Made by a program: the position numbers and the translations under genes. A stretch of 51,762 nt of DNA from an uncultured Thiotrichales bacterium. GTDB lineage: Bacteria > Pseudomonadota > Gammaproteobacteria > UWMA-0217. The DNA lies in contig CAYTPO010000010.1 in assembly GCA_964439815.1 (NCBI GenBank), positions 1 through 51,762 on the forward strand. The letters run 5' to 3'. The stretch's first letter is position 1. The number at the start of each line of letters is the position of its first letter. A model generated the notes under the pieces. It made no database searches. It saw only the letters and a program-made list of their open reading frames with translations, and was not told where the DNA came from. Shown piece by piece: positions 47,143 through 51,762 of the stretch.

Positions 47143-48228
47143 CTAGAAGCGGATATGCGCAGAAGCATTCAGGCTTGCGCGCGCGCCGCGCCAGTTGTCA
47201 ATATGGAACTTGGTAAAAGGAAGACCTGTCAGCTCAAAGAAACGCGGCCAGCCAATTCGCTCGATCCACTCATTGATGCGCTCCCAATCCTTCGCGTCTT
47301 CCTTGTAGGTCTTGAGAATACGCTTGACGATTGCAGTCGCTTCGGGCCAGCGAGGCGGGTTATTGGGAATACCAGCAGCCACCAGCTTCTGGAAAGTCGG
47401 CTTGCCGCGAGCGTTCGAGTGATTACCACCAACCCAGATGGCCAGCTTACTGTGCTCCGCATCATTGATCTGCATGGGAGGACAAGGCGGGAAGCAGGCG
47501 CCACAACAGATGCACTTGCGCTCATCAACTTCAAGAGAAGGCTTGCCATTGACCAATGCAGGACGAATCGCAGCCACAGGGCAACGAGCAACAACTGAAG
47601 GACGCTCACACACATTGGCAACCAGATCATGATTGATCTTTGGTGGTTTGGTGTGCTGAACATTGATCGCGATATCACCCTGGCCACCACAGTTGATCTG
47701 ACAGCATGAAGTGGTGATATGCACCCTGTTGGGCATATTCCAGGAAGTGAACTCACCAATGAGCTCATCCATCATGGACTTCACCACTCCAGACGCATCA
47801 GTACCCGGAATGTCGCAATGCAGCCATCCCTGAGTATGAGAAAGCGAAGTAACCGAGTTACGCGTACCACCCACGATGAATCCGGCATCGGTCACAGCCT
47901 TGATCAGCGGCTGAACCTTGGACTCATCAGTCACCATATACTCGATATTGGATCGAAGTGTGAAGCGAATGTATCCATCTGCATACTCGTCACCGATATC
48001 ACAAAGCTTGCGAATCGTGAAAACATCGAGAATACGTTGTGTTGCGATTTTCACGGTCCATATCTTGGAACCGTCTTTGGCAACATGGAGCAAAACGCCC
48101 GGCTGCGGATCTTCGTGGTAAGCCCAGTTACCATAATTTCTACGCATCGCAGGATGCATGTACTGAAACCCATCAGGACAACCTGATTCTATAGGGGGAC
48201 GTGGTGCAGCAGCTTCTGACATAGCCAA
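47143..48228 (-). CDS. dsrB: dissimilatory sulfite reductase beta subunit (oxidative type)
   Basis: 361 aa. Siroheme/FeS Cys motifs (TTSCCQINCGG) and a ferredoxin insert (CICCGACFPPCP). Confidence 0.92.
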   Translation of the reverse strand: MAMSEAAAPRPPIESGCPDGFQYMHPAMRRNYGNWAYHEDPQPGVLLHVAKDGSKIWTVKIATQRILDVFTIRKLCDIGDEYADGYIRFTLRSNIEYMVTDESKVQPLIKAVTDAGFIVGGTRNSVTSLSHTQGWLHCDIPGTDASGVVKSMMDELIGEFTSWNMPNRVHITTSCCQINCGGQGDIAINVQHTKPPKINHDLVANVCERPSVVARCPVAAIRPALVNGKPSLEVDERKCICCGACFPPCPPMQINDAEHSKLAIWVGGNHSNARGKPTFQKLVAAGIPNNPPRWPEATAIVKRILKTYKEDAKDWERINEWIERIGWPRFFELTGLPFTKFHIDNWRGARASLNASAHIRF

Positions 48229-48298
48229 CTCCCATCAATTCAAAAAATTAAACAAAAAATACAACGAGCAGTTCAAATAAAGCGCCAAGGGCGCAGGA

Positions 48299-49552
48299 TC
48301 AACCTGCAGCCTCTTCAGCCTTACGCTCAAACCATTTCTCCGCTTCCGCATCCCACTCATCCATGCGCACATACGAGCTCTGACGAGGGTTGTTCACCAT
48401 ATTGGGATCGACGTCGATTCCGATGCCTTCCAGGAAGTTGACCAATCCGATGCGCTCAATCATTTCACCGCAACGCTCATGCTCAAGACCATTCTCCGCC
48501 CAGAAATCGATAATCTCTTCAGCCATCTCGACCAGGCTTTCCCAGTCTTCGTCTGTCTCGAGCTTCTTGAAAGGCACAACAACAGTACCCATCAGATCAC
48601 CAATCTTCAGCGTACGCTTACCACCGATACAGATGGTTGCGCCACGATCATCTCCGGGAGAAAGCGCTTTCGGCATGACGTTCAGGCAGTGCATGCAACG
48701 TACACAGTTGCGATTGTCCACGGCCAGCGTGTCGTCATCATTAATAGCCAGCGCATTGGTCGGGCAACGAGTAATGACGTTATCAATCAGATACTGACGA
48801 CCTTTTGTCTCCAGATATCCCTTGAAGGCTTCCTGATCAACCTTCATGTCATCACGCCAGGTACCGATCACGGAAAAGTCGGAACGCTCAATGGAGTTCT
48901 GGCAGTCATTGGGACAACCGGAAATCTTGAACTTGAATTTGTAGGGAAGTGCAGGACGATGGACATCATCAGTGAAGTTGTTCTGCAGCGTACGATGAAT
49001 GCGCTGCTCATCAATACAGGACTGCTCACAGCGAGCCGCGCCAACACAGGACATACCTGTTCTTACGTCGGGCCCAGCACCACCCAGATCCCAGCCATAC
49101 TCATTGATCTCATCAAAGAAGCTCTGGGTATTCTCGGTGTCCGCACCGATAAACATGATGTTACCTGTCTGACCATGAAACGTAATCAGACCTGAACCGT
49201 ATTTCTCCCAGCTGTCGCTCAACTGGCGCAACATATCAGTGGTGTAATAGTTGCCCGGAGTAGGCTGAACGCGGAGCGTGTGAAACTCTTTGGATGCCTT
49301 GAAAGTGCCCTCAACCTCGGAAAAACGCGGAATAATGCCCGCACCATAACCAAAGACACTGACGGTTCCGCCTTTCCAGTAACCCTTGCGAGTCTCGTAC
49401 GAGTGTTCCAGCTGACCCAAAAGGGAGTTAGCCGTCTCACGAATGCGCTCTTCAGGGTGATCATCCCTTAAACGCTTAAAACCAGAAATAAAGCTGGGCC
49501 AAGGACCGTTTTCCAGCTCATCAAGCATTGGAGTTTCAAAATGCTCTGCCAT
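48299..49552 (-). CDS. dsrA: dissimilatory sulfite reductase alpha subunit (oxidative type)
   Basis: MAEHFETPMLDELENGPWPSFISGFK preceded by GAGGAGAGAGG. Cys motifs CVGAARCEQSC, CPNDC and CVRCMHC. The 42 upstream codons in the track ORF were rejected. Confidence 0.92.
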   Translation of the reverse strand: MAEHFETPMLDELENGPWPSFISGFKRLRDDHPEERIRETANSLLGQLEHSYETRKGYWKGGTVSVFGYGAGIIPRFSEVEGTFKASKEFHTLRVQPTPGNYYTTDMLRQLSDSWEKYGSGLITFHGQTGNIMFIGADTENTQSFFDEINEYGWDLGGAGPDVRTGMSCVGAARCEQSCIDEQRIHRTLQNNFTDDVHRPALPYKFKFKISGCPNDCQNSIERSDFSVIGTWRDDMKVDQEAFKGYLETKGRQYLIDNVITRCPTNALAINDDDTLAVDNRNCVRCMHCLNVMPKALSPGDDRGATICIGGKRTLKIGDLMGTVVVPFKKLETDEDWESLVEMAEEIIDFWAENGLEHERCGEMIERIGLVNFLEGIGIDVDPNMVNNPRQSSYVRMDEWDAEAEKWFERKAEEAAG

Positions 49553-49739
49553 GCCTCTCTCCTCACCTATTGGGAAATTTATTACTCTGCTTGGGCCCAC
49601 CAAACATGGCGCCCTTGCATTCCAGAAAAAAACCAGCCCCGCGCATCCAGACAGCGCCGAACTACTAATGGGGAGCAAGTCTAGGGCGTGATGCCAGACT
49701 CAACAACCCCCTTCTTGGGATGCCCCCTCGATACCACTA

Positions 49740-49757
49740 ATATCCCCATGGGGATAT
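49740..49757. promoter_or_regulatory. perfect 18-bp palindrome upstream of dsrA (candidate operator)
   Basis: ATATCCCCATGGGGATAT, 188 nt upstream of the dsrA ATG. It abuts an AT-rich TACATA/CATATA -10-like stretch, and a TTGCCG lies about 18 nt further upstream on the minus strand. Confidence 0.4.
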
Positions 49758-49848
49758 ATGTAGTGATAAGTAAAACTAATCGGCAAGAGGGCATGCCGCA
49801 CGACAAATCCACTTTCCTACCAATCCCCCGGGAAAACCAGCAACCCGC

Positions 49849-49876
49849 AAAAAAAAGGGGCTACTGAAAGCCCCTT
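49849..49876 (-). terminator. rho-independent terminator after dsrE2, insulating it from the dsr operon
   Basis: The reverse strand reads AAGGGGCT-TTCAGT-AGCCCCTT followed by TTTTTT. Confidence 0.7.
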
Positions 49877-49943
49877 GCGCACATCACCAATCAGCGAAAG
49901 CCACCAACCACCCCAATCAACAAGGGGCCGACAGGCAATCGCA

Positions 49944-50414
49944 CTAGATATAGAGACAGATATCGGAATCGCCAGCAAATTCAAAGAAGGAAGCCGCACC
50001 AGCGTATTCGACCTCACTGATGAACTCCGCCGTATCCATCTCGAACAGATCAACAGTCATCTGGCACGCAACCATCTTGACTTCAGCCTCGACACACATA
50101 TCCCGCAAATCAGTAAGGTCGGCAACGCCCTTGGATGCCATCTTCTTCTTCATCATCACGGTCATCATGCTCTGCATACCCGGCAGCGCCTGCATCAGTA
50201 CGGGTACGGGCATGGGCATGGGCATGCCGGGATTCCCCAGGGAAGACACCTTGAGATCAAGCTTCTTCTTCAACAGCTGCAAGCCATAAAATGTGAAGAA
50301 GATCTCGGTTTCATAACCCAGGGCTGCCGCAGTGGAGGCCAAGATGAAAGGAGGATAGGCCCAATCGAGGGTACCCTTGGTTGCGATAATCGCTAGCTTC
50401 TTTTCGTCTGACAT
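49944..50414 (-). CDS. dsrE2: DsrE2-type DsrE/DsrF-like family protein
   Basis: MSDEKKLAIIATKGTLDWAYPPFILASTAAALGYE.EIFFTFYG, with a hydrophobic Pro/Met loop GNPGMPMPMPVPVLM. Position beside a rhodanese gene, as in the rhd-tusA-dsrE2 arrangement. Confidence 0.7.
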   Translation of the reverse strand: MSDEKKLAIIATKGTLDWAYPPFILASTAAALGYETEIFFTFYGLQLLKKKLDLKVSSLGNPGMPMPMPVPVLMQALPGMQSMMTVMMKKKMASKGVADLTDLRDMCVEAEVKMVACQMTVDLFEMDTAEFISEVEYAGAASFFEFAGDSDICLYI

Positions 50415-50490
50415 AAAATCTACCTCTGTTAACTTCTGTTTTGATACACACCCGCCAGCCCTGCCGGAGCAGGTTGCAGCAGAGTGCTGT

Positions 50491-50832
50491 TTAACCAGCC
50501 ATTTTGCTGGACTCAGGGGAAGCTATCGGCAACCCGGCAGAAGCCCAACTGATAATCCCGCCGCGCAAGTTATACGCTTCCTTTCCCTGCTGCGCCAGAA
50601 ACATGCACACCTGCGCCGAACGGGCACCACTGCGACAATAGATTACCAGCTTTTCATCCGCATCCAACTCTATGGGTGACAAGGGGATCATATGCATGGG
50701 GATAAAGTCGGCACCTGCTATCACCCCTTGAGCCACCTCTTGAGGAGTGCGTACATCGATCAGCCTCACCTTCTGGCCCTCTTTGACCCACTGGCCCAAC
50801 CCGGCCGCATCGATCTCTTGAATTCCGTGCAT
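50491..50832 (-). CDS. single-domain rhodanese (Rhd)
   Basis: LIDVRTPQEV and active-site loop YCRSGARS. 113 aa. Confidence 0.8.
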   Translation of the reverse strand: MHGIQEIDAAGLGQWVKEGQKVRLIDVRTPQEVAQGVIAGADFIPMHMIPLSPIELDADEKLVIYCRSGARSAQVCMFLAQQGKEAYNLRGGIISWASAGLPIASPESSKMAG

Positions 50833-51264
50833 TCATCCACCCTTGCAGTTTATTAAATTAGTAATTCAGAACACGCTAATATATAGGAGTTCCCACAGGA
50901 TATCCATTCCAGGCCCAGCAGCCGCAACGCCGTGACTCGGGCACCGCCGACAACAACATGCTCCCGGTCGGGCCATCAGAGTCACTGGATAAAATGCCAA
51001 ACTGTCATACCGGCCCCACACAACCATATTACCACTCGGCCACCCCACTTCCTCCTCCGGACCACCACACAACACCCTCCCATATTTAGTATATTAGCAT
51101 CTATTTATATTGAAATTTCAATACCTTATTCGCCTGCACACCCCCTTGCCTTGCTGGGTAATTAACGTATGATAATGCCTCTCAGCTCATACGGCATGCC
51201 GGCAACGAGAACCGGCGCCAACATGATCAACCATCTAAAAACCTAAATTCTAGGAGAGTAATCT

Positions 51265-51636
51265 ATGCATACCGCATTGAAAACTGTGGTAACCGCGGCC
51301 TCCACCATCCTTCTATCCAGCACACTCGTATTAACCCCAGGTATCAGCGCTGCTGAAGGGGCATCTGCGGTCAAAGAAGGCAAAAAACTCGCATTTGACA
51401 GAAAAAAAGGCAACTGCCTGGCCTGCCACATGATTGAAGGCGGCGAACTACCCGGTAACATCGGCCCTCCACTGATCGCCATGAAGGCTCGCTTCCCTGA
51501 CAGGGCCGTGCTTCGCGAACAGATCTCCGATGCACGTATCAAGAACCCCAACACAATCATGATCCCCTTTGGACCTCATGGCGTCATGTCTGACGCAGAG
51601 ATCGACAAGGTTGTTGAGTTCATCTATACGCTATAG
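51265..51636 (+). CDS. soxX: SoxX, mono-haem cytochrome c of the Sox system
   Basis: Signal peptide, GNCLACH haem motif, GNIGPPL and NP.T.MP.FG blocks. RBS TAGGAGAG. Confidence 0.8.
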   Translation: MHTALKTVVTAASTILLSSTLVLTPGISAAEGASAVKEGKKLAFDRKKGNCLACHMIEGGELPGNIGPPLIAMKARFPDRAVLREQISDARIKNPNTIMIPFGPHGVMSDAEIDKVVEFIYTL

Positions 51637-51663
51637 CACTTCAATTTAGAGGATATACCTATA

Positions 51664-51762
51664 ATGCAACGCAGAATTTTCTTACGAGGCAGCCTTGCTG
51701 CCGGAGCAGCAGGTGTTGCCGCAGCGGCAGGCCTGTTGACCCCTGGTGCCGTTCTGGCCGCA
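51664..51762 (+). CDS. 5' end of a TAT-exported protein, possibly SoxY (or SoxA); runs off the window
   Basis: My translation gives MQRRIFLRGSLAAGAAGVAAAAGLLTPGAVLAA, a twin-arginine signal. Position directly after soxX. Only 33 codons are visible. Confidence 0.3.
   Translation, partial: MQRRIFLRGSLAAGAAGVAAAAGLLTPGAVLAA

Noticed and set aside
48229-48298. AT-rich 70-nt dsrA-dsrB spacer with a 5-bp GCGCC/GGCGC stem followed by TTTATTT on the transcribed strand.
   Set aside because: The stem is too short for a credible intrinsic terminator, and dsrAB must be co-expressed. It is noted only as a possible pause or processing site.
49553-49678. 42-codon N-terminal extension of dsrA in the ORF track. 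Analogous extensions exist for nosZ (7853), nosF (16242), nosL (17075), nosY (17526), the BASS gene (21042), the antiporter (7792) and the permease (2821).
   Set aside because: Internal ATGs give canonical N-termini (MAEHFETPMLDE, MQFKSKK plus signal peptide, MIVFENTTKSF, a lipobox, and so on). They also have good RBSs or ATGA coupling. The extensions overlap upstream genes or look non-coding.
50205-50228. Short tandem repeat GGGCATGGGCATGGGCATG.
   Set aside because: It lies inside dsrE2 and simply encodes the PMPMPMP loop on the minus strand. It is not a CRISPR or a VNTR-like intergenic repeat.
51028-51041. tRNA D-arm-like string GGCCGAGTGGTAAT on the minus strand.
   Set aside because: I could not build an acceptor stem, an anticodon arm or a T-loop (GTTCGAATC-type) around it.
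50875-51098. 9-bp inverted repeat GCTAATATA / TATATTAGC flanking the rhd-soxX spacer core, which could be read as the terminal repeats of an element.
   Set aside because: A 9-bp inverted repeat within a roughly 430-nt AT-containing spacer is expected fairly often by chance, and no target duplication or further arm similarity is present.
50866-51165. Two overlapping small ORFs (69 aa on the minus strand, 77 aa on the plus strand) in the rhd-soxX spacer.
   Set aside because: Their composition is implausible (Cys/Arg/Gly-rich, or Pro/Thr/His-rich), and neither has an RBS. The region is treated as non-coding.

Overview
Moderately GC-rich window that reads like a gammaproteobacterial chemolithotrophic sulfur oxidiser; this lineage guess is an inference from gene content only. 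Gene density is very high and I saw no rRNA, tRNA, CRISPR array, transposase or integrase.

Layout:
(1) 1-7.8 kb: thiC behind a TPP riboswitch, an orphan 495-aa protein, a Cys-rich metal-permease pair followed by a sensor-less sigma-54 activator, ogt, a DUF2007 protein and a CPA2 antiporter.
(2) 7.9-24.1 kb: a clade II-type (Sec-dependent) nitrous-oxide reductase cluster, in the order nosZ | cyt c, di-haem cyt c, nosB-like, nosD, nosG, nosH, nosF, nosL, nosY. Six further translationally coupled genes are attached: a FixH-like protein, an outer-membrane barrel, a MenA-like prenyltransferase, a BASS transporter, a UbiE/MenG-like methyltransferase and a second NosD. This tail is my top candidate for an undescribed system, possibly a nos-dedicated naphthoquinone salvage / menaquinone-finishing module.
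(3) 24.1-30.6 kb: a 160-bp palindromic MITE-like element, a periplasmic rhodanese, SirB2, YcgL, a Sel1 protein, a MoxR-AAA/VWA-metallopeptidase pair, an SGNH hydrolase and YchJ.
(4) 30.6-49.6 kb: an oxidative-type dsr locus. dsrABEFHCMKLJOPNR lies on the minus strand and is extended by a Cys-rich GAF histidine kinase, a NarL-type regulator, a rhodanese and a glycosylase. It faces a plus-strand unit of a dsrS-like gene, cysG and a stand-alone S24-like protein.
(5) 49.9-51.8 kb: rhd-dsrE2 (no tusA between them), then soxX and the start of a TAT-signal protein.

All family calls come from motifs I can read in the supplied translations. No database search was run.
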